A DNA stretch of 58,714 nucleotides from a virus (lineage: Duplodnaviria; Caudoviricetes). The notes under the pieces are model-generated. The model was not told where the DNA came from. It worked only from the letters and a program-made list of their open reading frames with translations, and did not search any database. The position numbers and the translations under genes are program-made. Position 1 is the first letter of the stretch, and every line of letters starts with the position of its first letter. This document shows positions 16,902-26,566 of the stretch, piece by piece. The stretch spans positions 1 to 58,714 of IMG/VR virus record IMGVR_UViG_3300043399_000459; one strand, given 5' to 3'.

Positions 16902-18452
16902 GTGAAAGCCAGCCTCTCAGAAGTCCTGTCCAAGTTCCACCCCGACATGCTCGCTCGCTACGATTTCAGTCGGGCTGAGTATCACGGCGCACTGGAGCGC
17001 ATGACCGGCATCGTCTGCCCGGATCACGGCGAGTTCACGCAGTACCCCGCGCAGCTACGCAAGAACGGGTCGGGCTGCCCCGCGTGCGGCGATGCGGTGC
17101 GGCGCGCCAAGCGCCGATCTTCGCAGGAGGACGTCATTCAGCAGGCGCACGAGCGGCATGGTGGTTTCTACACCTACGACCGAGCCGTCTACGTCAACAA
17201 CACCACCAAGTTTACCGTTACGTGCCCGCACCACGGCGACTTCAGCATCACGCCCAACGGCCATGTCTCAGGCGGCAAGGGCTGCCCGGTGTGTGGCGCG
17301 CTCAAACGCGGGCACCGCAAGGATGTCACGGGCGCCGCCCGCAAAACGGCCGACGCCAAGATGCTCGCGCATGCCGCCGACTTTGAGCGCGAGGCCCGCA
17401 AGGTGCATGGCGCTGCCTACGACTACAGCGCCGTTGTCTACGCCGGGCGCAAGAAGCCGGTGACTATCCTGTGTCGCGCTCACGGACCCTTTCAGCAGCG
17501 ACCCGAGCACCACCTGAAGCGCGCGCATGGCTGCCCGGAATGTTCGCACCACCGATCCAAGGGCGAGGCCGCGCTGGCCAAGTTCATGGCGATCTTCGGC
17601 CCCGTGGAGGAGCGCAACCGCAAGCTGATCGCGCCGAAGGAACTGGACATCTATGCACCCTACGCCAACGTGGCTGTGGAGTACTGCGGCGAGTACTGGC
17701 ACGCCTCGTCGTCAGCCGATGAGGAGCGCAAGGACCGCACCCGGCACCTCGATAAGCATCGCGCTTGCGAGGCTGCCGGTATCCGCCTGCTGACTGTCTA
17801 CGAGAGCGAGTGGTTGGAGAGGCCCGCTGCCATACGACGCCTGATCCGCAACGCACTGGGCAAGGCGCGTGGCCGCGTCATGGCCCGCAAATGCGCCGTT
17901 GAGGCAGTCGGCAGCGCCGAGGCAACGGCATTCTTCGAGCGCTACCATCCGCAGGGTGGTGCTGGGTGGGGCCAGACATACGGGCTGCGCTACAGCGGCA
18001 AGCTGGTGGCGTGTATGCGCTTCGCCTTTGGGGCAAATGACCGGGGCGCGAATGCCGAGCGCGCGTGGACGCTGACACGCTACGCTACCCGCGTATCGGT
18101 CCCCGGGGGAGCCTCAAGGTTGTTCGCGGCGTTTTTGGCAGACCGCGACCCCGAAAGCGTCAAGTCTTTCTCTGACAACCGCTACTTCACTGGGCGGATG
18201 TACGAGCAATTGGGCTTTGTGCTTGAGGAGGAGACCGATCCCGACTACCAAGTCTACCACCCCAAGACTGGCCTGCTGGCCAAGACGGCGTGGCAGCGCA
18301 AGAACATCCCTGCGCGCATTCGCGACATCGGCGCGTCGGAGGTCTTCAACCCGGCCACGGACCTGCGCAGCGAGCGCGACATGACGTACCTGCTTGGCGC
18401 CCAGCGCATGTTTGATTGCGGCAAGAAGCGATGGGTCTGGCGCAAAGCATGA
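16902..18452 (+). CDS. Free-standing endonuclease: three CxxHG/CPxC zinc modules, PD-(D/E)xK-like domain and Hef-like C-terminus
   Basis: CPDHG..CPAC, CPHHG..CPVC, CRAHG..CPEC; ELDIY...VEYCGEYWH; SFSDNRY; FDCGKKRW; AAGGAG RBS before GTG 16902. Confidence 0.8.
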   Translation: MKASLSEVLSKFHPDMLARYDFSRAEYHGALERMTGIVCPDHGEFTQYPAQLRKNGSGCPACGDAVRRAKRRSSQEDVIQQAHERHGGFYTYDRAVYVNNTTKFTVTCPHHGDFSITPNGHVSGGKGCPVCGALKRGHRKDVTGAARKTADAKMLAHAADFEREARKVHGAAYDYSAVVYAGRKKPVTILCRAHGPFQQRPEHHLKRAHGCPECSHHRSKGEAALAKFMAIFGPVEERNRKLIAPKELDIYAPYANVAVEYCGEYWHASSSADEERKDRTRHLDKHRACEAAGIRLLTVYESEWLERPAAIRRLIRNALGKARGRVMARKCAVEAVGSAEATAFFERYHPQGGAGWGQTYGLRYSGKLVACMRFAFGANDRGANAERAWTLTRYATRVSVPGGASRLFAAFLADRDPESVKSFSDNRYFTGRMYEQLGFVLEEETDPDYQVYHPKTGLLAKTAWQRKNIPARIRDIGASEVFNPATDLRSERDMTYLLGAQRMFDCGKKRWVWRKA

Positions 18453-18522
18453 GCCTCTAGCAAATGCGCCGCCGGTGTGGTAATGTCGCGCCGCTATAGC
18501 ACTGTCCATAGAGGATACACCC

Positions 18523-19224
18523 ATGGGTAACATTTCGAACACGCGTTTCCCGTTCGGGCTCACCAATGTCGGTGAGACGAACCTGTTTGCCGACATGGTC
18601 CAGCCGGACCCGACGCTCTTCCACGAGTACTGGAACGACTTCGACACCTACACGGCTGGCGACTGGGTCGTCACCGAGACTGACGCCGGCGCGACGCAGG
18701 CCCTGACTGCCGGCGACGGCGGCCTCCTGCTGGTCACCAACACCGCAGCCAACGACGACCTCGTCGCGCTGCAGAAGACCCCGGCGGCCTTCACCTTCAC
18801 GGCAGGCAAGAAGACCTTCTTCCGCGCCCGCTTCAAGGTCTCGGACGCCACGCAGTCGGACGTCGTCATCGGCCTTCAGGTCGTCGACACCACCCCGCTC
18901 GACGTGACGGACGGCGTGTACTTCCTCAAGGCTGACGGCTCGACATCGTTCAGCTTCGTGTGCCGCAAGAACGCGACCACCGGCTCGACCTCCGTGGCGT
19001 CTGTCGCCACGCTGGCGGACGACACCTACATCACCCTCGGCTTCTACTACGACGGCGAGGGCAAGGTGGCGTATGAGGTCAATGGCGCGGTGCTCGGCTC
19101 GCTCGACGCCTCCTCGGCCTTCCTGCCTGACACCACCTGCACCGTGAGCTTCGCGCTGCAGAATGGTGAGGCTGTGGCCAAGACGATGACGGTCGATTAC
19201 CTGTACGCGGCGAAAGAGCGCTGA
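18523..19224 (+). CDS. Virion structural protein (beta-rich)
   Basis: TRFPFGLTN N-terminus, NDFDTY, TVDY C-terminus; GAGGA RBS. Confidence 0.75.
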   Translation: MGNISNTRFPFGLTNVGETNLFADMVQPDPTLFHEYWNDFDTYTAGDWVVTETDAGATQALTAGDGGLLLVTNTAANDDLVALQKTPAAFTFTAGKKTFFRARFKVSDATQSDVVIGLQVVDTTPLDVTDGVYFLKADGSTSFSFVCRKNATTGSTSVASVATLADDTYITLGFYYDGEGKVAYEVNGAVLGSLDASSAFLPDTTCTVSFALQNGEAVAKTMTVDYLYAAKER

Positions 19225-19232
19225 GAACTGAT

Positions 19233-19254
19233 GGGGCGGGCTTCGGCCCGCCTC
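19233..19254 (+). terminator. UUCG-capped GC hairpin (terminator or processing site)
   Basis: GGGGCGGGC-TTCG-GCCCGCCTC with a weak U tail. Confidence 0.45.
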
Positions 19255-19275
19255 TGACTTTGTGAGGATTGACAG

Positions 19276-19926
19276 ATGCGCCAGATTACCAAGAAGCTTA
19301 CTACGGGTGCCGCAGTCGGCAATGCGGTCTGCGCGTCGCAACAGCCCCTCGCCGCCGGCGCCTTGACCATCAATGGCGCCAACGCCACTGCGGGCGTCGC
19401 GACTTTCCCGGCGGCCTACGCCGTGTCGATCACTTCCAACGGCAACGACAGCACGCGCACCTTCACGGTGACCGGCACGGACGCCGCGGGCAACGTCATC
19501 AGCCAGACCGTCACCGGGCCGAATAACACCACGGTGTTTACCACGCTGGCCTTCAAGACCGTCACGCGCGTGACGATCAGCGCCGCCTCGGTGGGCACGG
19601 CCATCACTGTCGGCTTCGGCAGCTTCGCCGTGACTGAGCCTCTGCCGCTCGACATTCACGGGCGCCCGGACATCTCGCTGCAGGTGGTCGTGGACACGGC
19701 CCTCGGCACGCCGACGTGGACTGTGCAGCAGACGCTGGACAACCCCTTCACCTCGACCCCCGGCACGATGACGTGGTTCGATCACCCAGACGTCAACCTC
19801 GTGTCGCAGACCGTCAACCGGCAGGGCAACTACGCCTACGTGCCTGCGGCTGTGCGCCTGAGGATCAACGCCACTGCGGGCGCGGCGACGCTCACGATTA
19901 TCCAGTCTGGCGACAACAGGGCGTAA
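19276..19926 (+). CDS. Virion structural protein
   Basis: Thr/Ala-rich; TFTVTGTD...FKTVT motif. Confidence 0.75.
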   Translation: MRQITKKLTTGAAVGNAVCASQQPLAAGALTINGANATAGVATFPAAYAVSITSNGNDSTRTFTVTGTDAAGNVISQTVTGPNNTTVFTTLAFKTVTRVTISAASVGTAITVGFGSFAVTEPLPLDIHGRPDISLQVVVDTALGTPTWTVQQTLDNPFTSTPGTMTWFDHPDVNLVSQTVNRQGNYAYVPAAVRLRINATAGAATLTIIQSGDNRA

Positions 19927-19929
19927 GAT

Positions 19930-22140
19930 ATGGCTGTTGGCCTTTACAGCGGCGCTTCGGGCCTCGCGCTAGGCAGGGGGCTGTATCGCGACGTCTCTGG
20001 CCTGTGGGCCGGTTCGAGTGGTCTCATCGCGGGTTTTGGCGGCACTGCGTTCTCGCCCCTATCCCTGTTTGCCGCTGGTGAGCCGGGTGCGTGGTATGAC
20101 CCGTCCGACCTGTCCACGATGTTTCAGGACAGCGCAGGCACCACGCCCGTCACGGCGACGGGGCAGACGGTTGGGCTGCTTCTGGATAAGTCCAAGGGCT
20201 TGGTGCTGGGGCCTGAGTTGGTCACGAATGGTGATTTTAGTAACGGCAGCACGGGTTGGACTGCATCTTCTGTTACCGTTTCTGGCGGCGTTGCGTCTTG
20301 GGTGGCATCTTCCGGTACACTAGAGCAGGACATTGTAATAGCAGCCGGTAAAACTTATGCTTTGACATACACTGTTTCGGGATACGTTAGCGGGAACGTC
20401 ACTCCGCGCTTTACAGGGGGAACCCCAGTTATAGGCGTAGGCCGCGCAGCAAATGGCACCTTTACCGAGTATATGCTTGCAGTTGCTGACGCATCTTTGC
20501 GTTTTGTTGGAGGGGTGTTCACCGGCTCCCTCGACAACATCTCCGTCCGCGAACTCCCCGGCAACCACGCCTCCCAGAGCGTTCTGGCAAACAGGCCGAT
20601 CTACGGCATCGAGCCGTTCGGTGGGCGGCGGAACTTGCTGGTTCGGACCGAGGAGTTTCAGAGTTCGGCTTGGGCGAAATTTAGTGCTTCTGTTACAGCA
20701 GACAGCACGACTGCCCCCGACGGGACGTTGACAGCGGATAAAGTCACAGCACTTGGAGATTGGGCCGTATTGCAAACATTCTCTAGCGCCACTGTTGGAC
20801 AAACCTATACGTTTTCCGTATGGATTAAAGTCCCATCTCCACGAACAGTCCAATTGGTGTTGGACGGCGCGTTTATATCTGTTAGCGCCACAGCAGAGTG
20901 GAACAGGTTTTCTATTACAAAGGTTGCGGCAAATACGTCTTTCACAGTGGCGGTCCGAAGGAATACCCCCGGCGCAGAAACGGGATTTGAAACCTTCGTC
21001 TGGGGCGCACAACTCGAAACCGGCTCCACCGCCACGGCCTACCAGCAGGTAACGGACCAGTGGAACGTCACCGAGGCTGGCAAGCCCAGCGTGTCCTATC
21101 TCGCAGGCGACTTCGTTGACGACCGCCTTATTTTCAACGGTTCAACCGCAGTGGCGTGTGAAAGCGCATATGTGACTGAAAACGGGTGGATGGTCAGCGG
21201 CGCATCGGGCAGCAACTATGGCACTCTGTCTCGCATTCCGCTGGGCCGGGTTGCACAGTATGTGGTCAATCCCAATATCAAGATTAATGCTGACCAGCTG
21301 ACCTCATATTTCGGCGTGCCGCAATACTACTTTGTTGGCATGACCACTGACAGCACGGTGTTACACAACATTGTCAGCAGCGCGGGCCCTTATCCGATCA
21401 CCTATGTCGGCTCGAATGGGGTCACATATACGCAGACTGCAAATAACGTCACGACCGACCTTATTGCCCAAGGTCTGACTTCACCGTTTACAATGCTGGT
21501 TCCCAAGGCTGTTATTTCTGACACCGCACTGTCGGTGTTCGATTGCTACAACAACCAGTTAACGGGCAGCATCCCCAGCCTGACCGCTAACACCGCGCTG
21601 ACGGCTTTCCGGTGCTACAACAACCAGCTAACGGGCAGCATCCCCAGCCTGTCGGCTAACACTGCACTGTCGGTGTTCAATTGCTACAACAACCAGTTAA
21701 CGGGCAGCATCCCCAGCCTGTCGGCTAACACTGCACTGTCGGTGTTCCTGTGCTTCGGCAACCAGCTAACGGGCAGCATCCCCAGCCTGACCGCTAACAC
21801 CGCGCTGACGGATTTCCGGTGCTTCGGCAACCAGCTAACGGGCAGCATCCCCAGCCTGTCGGCTAACACTGCACTGTCGGTGTTCTATTGCTACACCAAC
21901 CAGTTAACGGGATGGAGCGGCGGCACTGTTTCCGCCACGCTCGGTGACTTTCAAGCGCAGAACAACTTGCTGACACAAGCCGCTGTGGACGCCATTCTCG
22001 CTGCTTTTGTCGCAGCAGGCAGAACGACTGGTACCCGCAACCTGAACCTCGGCGGCACAGGCAACGCAACACCCTCCGCTACAGGATTGACAGATAAAGC
22101 CACTCTGCAATCGCGCGGATGGACGGTGACAACGAACTAA
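19930..22140 (+). CDS. Receptor-binding/tail-associated protein with CBM-like modules and a leucine-rich-repeat C-terminus
   Basis: AWYDPSDLSTMFQDSAGTTPV, ELVTNGDF, RRNLL..TE, WGAQLE.GS.AT.Y; repeats of NNQLTGSIPSL. Confidence 0.75.
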   Translation: MAVGLYSGASGLALGRGLYRDVSGLWAGSSGLIAGFGGTAFSPLSLFAAGEPGAWYDPSDLSTMFQDSAGTTPVTATGQTVGLLLDKSKGLVLGPELVTNGDFSNGSTGWTASSVTVSGGVASWVASSGTLEQDIVIAAGKTYALTYTVSGYVSGNVTPRFTGGTPVIGVGRAANGTFTEYMLAVADASLRFVGGVFTGSLDNISVRELPGNHASQSVLANRPIYGIEPFGGRRNLLVRTEEFQSSAWAKFSASVTADSTTAPDGTLTADKVTALGDWAVLQTFSSATVGQTYTFSVWIKVPSPRTVQLVLDGAFISVSATAEWNRFSITKVAANTSFTVAVRRNTPGAETGFETFVWGAQLETGSTATAYQQVTDQWNVTEAGKPSVSYLAGDFVDDRLIFNGSTAVACESAYVTENGWMVSGASGSNYGTLSRIPLGRVAQYVVNPNIKINADQLTSYFGVPQYYFVGMTTDSTVLHNIVSSAGPYPITYVGSNGVTYTQTANNVTTDLIAQGLTSPFTMLVPKAVISDTALSVFDCYNNQLTGSIPSLTANTALTAFRCYNNQLTGSIPSLSANTALSVFNCYNNQLTGSIPSLSANTALSVFLCFGNQLTGSIPSLTANTALTDFRCFGNQLTGSIPSLSANTALSVFYCYTNQLTGWSGGTVSATLGDFQAQNNLLTQAAVDAILAAFVAAGRTTGTRNLNLGGTGNATPSATGLTDKATLQSRGWTVTTN
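21521..21912 (+). repeat. 69-bp tandem repeat (5 full plus 1 partial) encoding 23-aa LRR units
   Basis: Units start at 21521, 21590, 21659, 21728, 21797 and 21866. Confidence 0.92.
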
Positions 22141-22151
22141 GGAATTTACTA

Positions 22152-22496
22152 ATGCTATCCTGCGTACTCCTTCTCCCCGACAATCAGGTCGATACCGGCA
22201 ACGCCGTCAGCGAGGCTATGGGCTGGGGTTCGCCTGCCTACACTGTCCCGCTCTCGGCAGACGGCTCGGAGCCTGCATCACACTGGGGCCTGCACACATG
22301 GGCCGGTGATGACCTGCAAGCCATGATCGAGACGGGCTTCTACCCGCCGCAGGTCGAGGATGCAGGCATCACGCAGGACGCTTATAACGCCATGCTGGCC
22401 GTGCTGATCTACTCGTTCTGGCAGGACTATGTGGATCACTTTGCCACTGTTTGCGCGGAGAATGGGCTTACGGTTGTGGCGCCGGGCGATGCGTAG
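22152..22496 (+). CDS. Hypothetical protein (possible fiber chaperone)
   Basis: VPLSADGSEPASHWG motif; AAGGA RBS. Confidence 0.65.
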   Translation: MLSCVLLLPDNQVDTGNAVSEAMGWGSPAYTVPLSADGSEPASHWGLHTWAGDDLQAMIETGFYPPQVEDAGITQDAYNAMLAVLIYSFWQDYVDHFATVCAENGLTVVAPGDA

Positions 22497-22511
22497 CGGA
22501 GGCCGCGTGAC

Positions 22512-22676
22512 ATGAGCGACAAGCCATTCTGGGCCAAGCCGAGACCCGAGGGCCAAAAGCCCAAGAGCCTCTCGGTCAAACGCAAGGCTGCGGCCAAGCG
22601 CCGCGCCAAGGCCGCTGGCCGACCTTGGCCGAATCTGGTAGATAATGCCTTCGCGGCACGCAAAAAGGGCAAGTGA
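22512..22676 (+). CDS. 54-aa basic protein (AGRPWPNLVDN)
   Basis: GGAGG RBS; hand-translated. Confidence 0.7.
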   Translation: MSDKPFWAKPRPEGQKPKSLSVKRKAAAKRRAKAAGRPWPNLVDNAFAARKKGK

Positions 22677-22677
22677 C

Positions 22678-23208
22678 ATGGACGGCTTCAAGAACAGCAC
22701 CAAGACCCACTACGCCAAGGGCGGCTACGCCAAGGGCGGCGACGCCAAGGGCGCGGCCAAGATCAGCAAGGTCATGGGTGAATTTAAGTCGGGCGCGCTG
22801 CACAGCGGCTCGAAGGGCGGCCCGAAGGTCACCAGCAAGAAGCAGGCCGTCGCCATCGCCATGAGCGAGGCAGGCAAGGCGAAGCCGGTCAAGAAGGCCA
22901 TGGGCGGCGCGGTCGACCTGAACCGCGGCGGCGTGCCGCGCGAGGGCGTCTCGACGCGCCCCATCAGCAAGCGCACGGGCAAGCCCGCGACTGAGGCAGA
23001 GATGCGCCAGCGCCAGCGTGACTTCGGCGACATGACCGACGCTGAGATTAAGGCGCTGCTTGGCCGCGCCAACCGCGCCTCGGCCGCAGAGGCAGGCGAG
23101 CGTGTCCTCATCCGCCGCGGGCCCGCCGGAGCTGGCTTCAGCGGCGAGCCCATGATCAGCCGCAAGACGGGCGGCCTCGCCGTCATGCCGCGCGGCAAGA
23201 AGTGCTGA
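22678..23208 (+). CDS. Basic virion protein, DUF6496-like
   Basis: KVMGEFKSGALHSG...KQAVAIAMSEAG. Confidence 0.75.
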   Translation: MDGFKNSTKTHYAKGGYAKGGDAKGAAKISKVMGEFKSGALHSGSKGGPKVTSKKQAVAIAMSEAGKAKPVKKAMGGAVDLNRGGVPREGVSTRPISKRTGKPATEAEMRQRQRDFGDMTDAEIKALLGRANRASAAEAGERVLIRRGPAGAGFSGEPMISRKTGGLAVMPRGKKC

Positions 23209-23222
23209 CAGGAGTCTAGACT

Positions 23223-23624
23223 ATGGCAAACGCCTTGTACCCGTCTTGGAAGCAGGCCCTGCTGGAGTTCACCGCCGGCAACGACCTCGACGGGCAGACC
23301 GTCAAGGCGGCTCTGGTGACGGCGGGCTACACCTACTCGGCAGCACACCAGTTCTACAACAGCGCCAGCGCGTCTGTCGTAGGCACGCCCCAGACGATCG
23401 GCAGCAAGACATTCACCAACGGCGTGTTTGACGGCGCGAATGTGACCTTCACGGCCGTCACCGGCTCTCAGGTCGTGGCCATCGTGCTCTACATCGACAG
23501 CGGCAACCCCGCCACGTCTCCACTGGTGGCGTTCCTCGACACCGGCATAACCAACCTCCCTGTGACACCGAATGGCGGGGATATTTCAATTACGTGGGAT
23601 GCGACTGGCATCTTCTCGCTCTGA
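23223..23624 (+). CDS. Virion/tail protein
   Basis: MANALY...LPVTPNGGDISITW...GIF family motif. Confidence 0.75.
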   Translation: MANALYPSWKQALLEFTAGNDLDGQTVKAALVTAGYTYSAAHQFYNSASASVVGTPQTIGSKTFTNGVFDGANVTFTAVTGSQVVAIVLYIDSGNPATSPLVAFLDTGITNLPVTPNGGDISITWDATGIFSL

Positions 23625-23654
23625 GCCTTTTAATTCCTGCCGAGGGGCTTTGTC

Positions 23655-25151
23655 GTGGCCACTAAGACGGTCCTCCTCACATCCGGCACAACTTGGGTTC
23701 TCCCGAGCGACCTAGACACGTCCGTCAGCGTCACCGTCACGGCGATCGGCGGCGGCGGCGGCGGTGGCGGGGTTTCTGGCTCGTACGCCGGCTCGGGCGG
23801 GGGAGGCGGCGCTTGGTCCCAGAGCAGCGTATCCCTCTCAGGGCTGACGCCCGGCACTTCCAGCACCTACATTCGCATCGGCGCGGGTGGCACGGCTGCG
23901 GCAAGCGCCAATGGTGGACCCGGCGGCGATACGTGGTTCAACAAAACCTCAAACGCCGCGCCCGCATCAGCCACAGATGGCGCGCTGGCCAAAGGCGGCC
24001 TCGGCGGCACGCGAACCGGGGCTACCATTGCCGGCGGCGCGGCCGCGTCTGGCGTAGGCTCGACGAAGTATTCTGGTGGCAGTGGGGGCGCTGGTGGAAA
24101 CTATAGCGGCGGCGGTGGCGGTTCCGCAGGTTCGTCACTCGGCAACGGCGGCAATGGCGGATCCTCTGGCGCCGGTGTAAGATACGGCGGGGGCGGCGGC
24201 GGCGGCACCGGGGGTAACGGCGCGACAACCACTAGCGGGGTAGGTGGCGCTGGCGGCCTAACCTATACTGGCGCCGCCGGTGGCGCTGGCGGCACGACAG
24301 GTTCCGGCTCTGCTGGCAACAACGGCGGGGGTGGCGGAGGCGGCTATTCTGCCGCCGCTGTCACCTTGAGTCTCGGCGGCGCTGGCGGCGCTGGCACCGA
24401 GACATCTATCACGGCGGGGGGCACGGCGGGCTCCGGCGGCGGTGGCGGCGGCGGCGGCTACGGTGATTCCGGCCTGTTCACGGGCGGCGCGGGTGGCCTG
24501 TATGGTGGTGGCGGTGGCGGTGGCGGTTACGACTCAAACGAAGCTGGCGGCGTGGGCGCGCAGGGTGCGCTCATCATCACTTACACAGCCGTAACAACGG
24601 TCAACCTGACGGCCACGCGTTACAACAACTCGAACACCTTCTACACGGCGTCGATCGGCGCCACGTACGGCCTAGCCCCAAGCCGTTACGGCAACACGAA
24701 CACGTTCTACACGGCTGCCGTTGCTGCGGGCGCTGTCGGCCTTCAGCCAACTCGCTACGGCAACACGAACACGTTCTACACGGCTACGGTAGTCCCCGGC
24801 GATACGCTGCGGCCGGAACGCTACGACAACGCGAACACGTTCTACGCGGCCGCCATCACTACGGGCAATGTCGACATTACGCCGACCCGATACGACAACG
24901 CCAACACGTTCTACGCAGCCACGCTGGGGTTCGACCAGACGCTGTCGGCCAGCCGCTACGCCAACGCCACCGTCTTCTACGCCGCGTTGCTCACGGGCGG
25001 CAGCCCGGTGCCGGTCCCGTACTACCCGCGCGACCAACGCGGCAACATGCTGGTTGGCGAGATGTCGCGCGGCGCGATGGTGGTCACCGAGTTGCCGCGC
25101 GATGCCATGTCGATACAGCAGCTCCCGCGAAATGCGGTGGAGCCGGGCTGA
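23655..25151 (+). CDS. Glycine-rich tail protein with RYxNxNTFYxA repeats
   Basis: AIGGGGGG...GAQGALIITY Gly-rich domain followed by six 19-21-aa repeats. Confidence 0.75.
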   Translation: MATKTVLLTSGTTWVLPSDLDTSVSVTVTAIGGGGGGGGVSGSYAGSGGGGGAWSQSSVSLSGLTPGTSSTYIRIGAGGTAAASANGGPGGDTWFNKTSNAAPASATDGALAKGGLGGTRTGATIAGGAAASGVGSTKYSGGSGGAGGNYSGGGGGSAGSSLGNGGNGGSSGAGVRYGGGGGGGTGGNGATTTSGVGGAGGLTYTGAAGGAGGTTGSGSAGNNGGGGGGGYSAAAVTLSLGGAGGAGTETSITAGGTAGSGGGGGGGGYGDSGLFTGGAGGLYGGGGGGGGYDSNEAGGVGAQGALIITYTAVTTVNLTATRYNNSNTFYTASIGATYGLAPSRYGNTNTFYTAAVAAGAVGLQPTRYGNTNTFYTATVVPGDTLRPERYDNANTFYAAAITTGNVDITPTRYDNANTFYAATLGFDQTLSASRYANATVFYAALLTGGSPVPVPYYPRDQRGNMLVGEMSRGAMVVTELPRDAMSIQQLPRNAVEPG

Positions 25152-25248
25152 CAAGTTTACAGCGCCCGCGCTTTTTGATAAGACGAGGCTGCCAGAGATG
25201 CTTGCCCCACGTGGCGAGCTGCTGCCCTGAACCAGCGAGCGACATCTT

Positions 25249-26235
25249 ATGGCCTACTCCGGCACGGTATCTCAGACTGTCTTCGACACGCGGCGCGTGA
25301 TCGAACACGCCGCGCGCCGATGCAAGCTGCCTGCGCAGAGCCTGAGTGCCGAGCACGTCGACATCGCGAACGACCTGCTCTATCTGCTCCTGTCGGATCT
25401 CGCCAATCAGGGCACACCCCTGTGGTGTATCCAGAAGAGCATATACCCGCTCTACGACGGCACGCCCTACGTCACCACCTTCAGCGGCACGGTCGACATC
25501 CTCAACGCCAACTTGCGCTGGCTGCAGCAGGTCAGCGGCACCGACGTCGTGACGGCCACGAGCAGCGTCACCGAGTTCGCCAGCCCGGCGGCCGTGAGCA
25601 CGGTCGGCGTCAAGTGGTCGGCGGCCGCCGCGCCTATTGAACTCGCCCGCTCAAATGACGGCTTGACTTGGACGATCATTCAGAGTGAAGTGCCGAACGC
25701 AGGCACCGGGGAGTGGTCTTGGTACGATCTCGACAGCAGCGTTTCCGCCAAGTATTTCCGCGTCCGGGCAACCAGCGGCACCCTCGACTTCAGCCAGATA
25801 TATCTCGGGAACACGCCGACGGAGATCCCGCTGGCGAGGCTGAACAAGGACGACTACACCAACCTCCCGAACAAGACCTTCCAGAGCAACAGGCCCCTCC
25901 AATACTGGCTTGACCGCCAGTCGCTCTCGCCGGTCATGAACCTGTGGCCGGTGCCTAACAGTGCCGCCACAGTCATGCAGATCGTCGTCTGGGCGCAGCG
26001 CCAGATCATGGACGTCGGCAGCATGACGCAGGAGCTTGAGCTGCCGCAGCGCTGGTATGAGGCCGTCGTCTCGATGCTGGCCGCCAAGCTCGCCATGGAG
26101 TACATCGAGGTCGACCCGGGCATCGTGCCCATGCTCGACGCCAAGGCGCAGCAGGCGCTGTACATCGCGCAGCAGGAGGAGCGGGACGACAGCCCGCTCA
26201 ACATCGCGCCGAACATAGGGGCCTACACACGATGA
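25249..26235 (+). CDS. Head-tail adaptor / tail tubular-like protein
   Basis: LLSDLANQG.PLW, YTNLPNK, LWPVP, ELPQRW motifs. Confidence 0.65.
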   Translation: MAYSGTVSQTVFDTRRVIEHAARRCKLPAQSLSAEHVDIANDLLYLLLSDLANQGTPLWCIQKSIYPLYDGTPYVTTFSGTVDILNANLRWLQQVSGTDVVTATSSVTEFASPAAVSTVGVKWSAAAAPIELARSNDGLTWTIIQSEVPNAGTGEWSWYDLDSSVSAKYFRVRATSGTLDFSQIYLGNTPTEIPLARLNKDDYTNLPNKTFQSNRPLQYWLDRQSLSPVMNLWPVPNSAATVMQIVVWAQRQIMDVGSMTQELELPQRWYEAVVSMLAAKLAMEYIEVDPGIVPMLDAKAQQALYIAQQEERDDSPLNIAPNIGAYTR

Positions 26236-26462
26236 GCGTGTTCCTCGACACCACGGGCAAGGCATCCCTTGCGATCGGCATCTGCGGCAGGTGCTCGCGC
26301 AAGTTCCCGATTGACGAGTTGATGCCCGACCCCAACTACCCCGGCTTGCGCGTATGTGCGGTCGATCGGGACGATTTCGACCCCTACCGCCTGCCTGCAC
26401 GGCAGACGGAGAATATCGCCCTCCGCTTCCCTCGGCCCGACACGCCGCTAGACGGGGCCTAG
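26232..26462 (+). CDS. Small zinc-finger virion-associated protein
   Basis: ICGRC...GLRVC...FPRPD. Confidence 0.75.
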   Translation: MSVFLDTTGKASLAIGICGRCSRKFPIDELMPDPNYPGLRVCAVDRDDFDPYRLPARQTENIALRFPRPDTPLDGA

Positions 26463-26524
26463 GCGAGATGCACAGGAGCATTTCCGAGACCATGCTGGCG
26501 GGATCGCTCCCCTTGCCGCGTGGC

Positions 26525-26566
26525 GACGCCGGCGGGTACTCGCGCGACCTCCTCCCCGCCGGCGTC
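26525..26566 (+). ncRNA. Intergenic hairpin with CCUCCUCCC (cuckoo-like anti-SD) motif
   Basis: 12-bp perfect stem GACGCCGGCGGG/CCCGCCGGCGTC; CCTCCTCCCC at 26548-26557. Confidence 0.5.

Noticed and set aside
21521-21912. CRISPR array or diversity-generating retroelement
   Set aside because: The repeats are contiguous in-frame coding units with no spacers, and no reverse transcriptase or template repeat was found.
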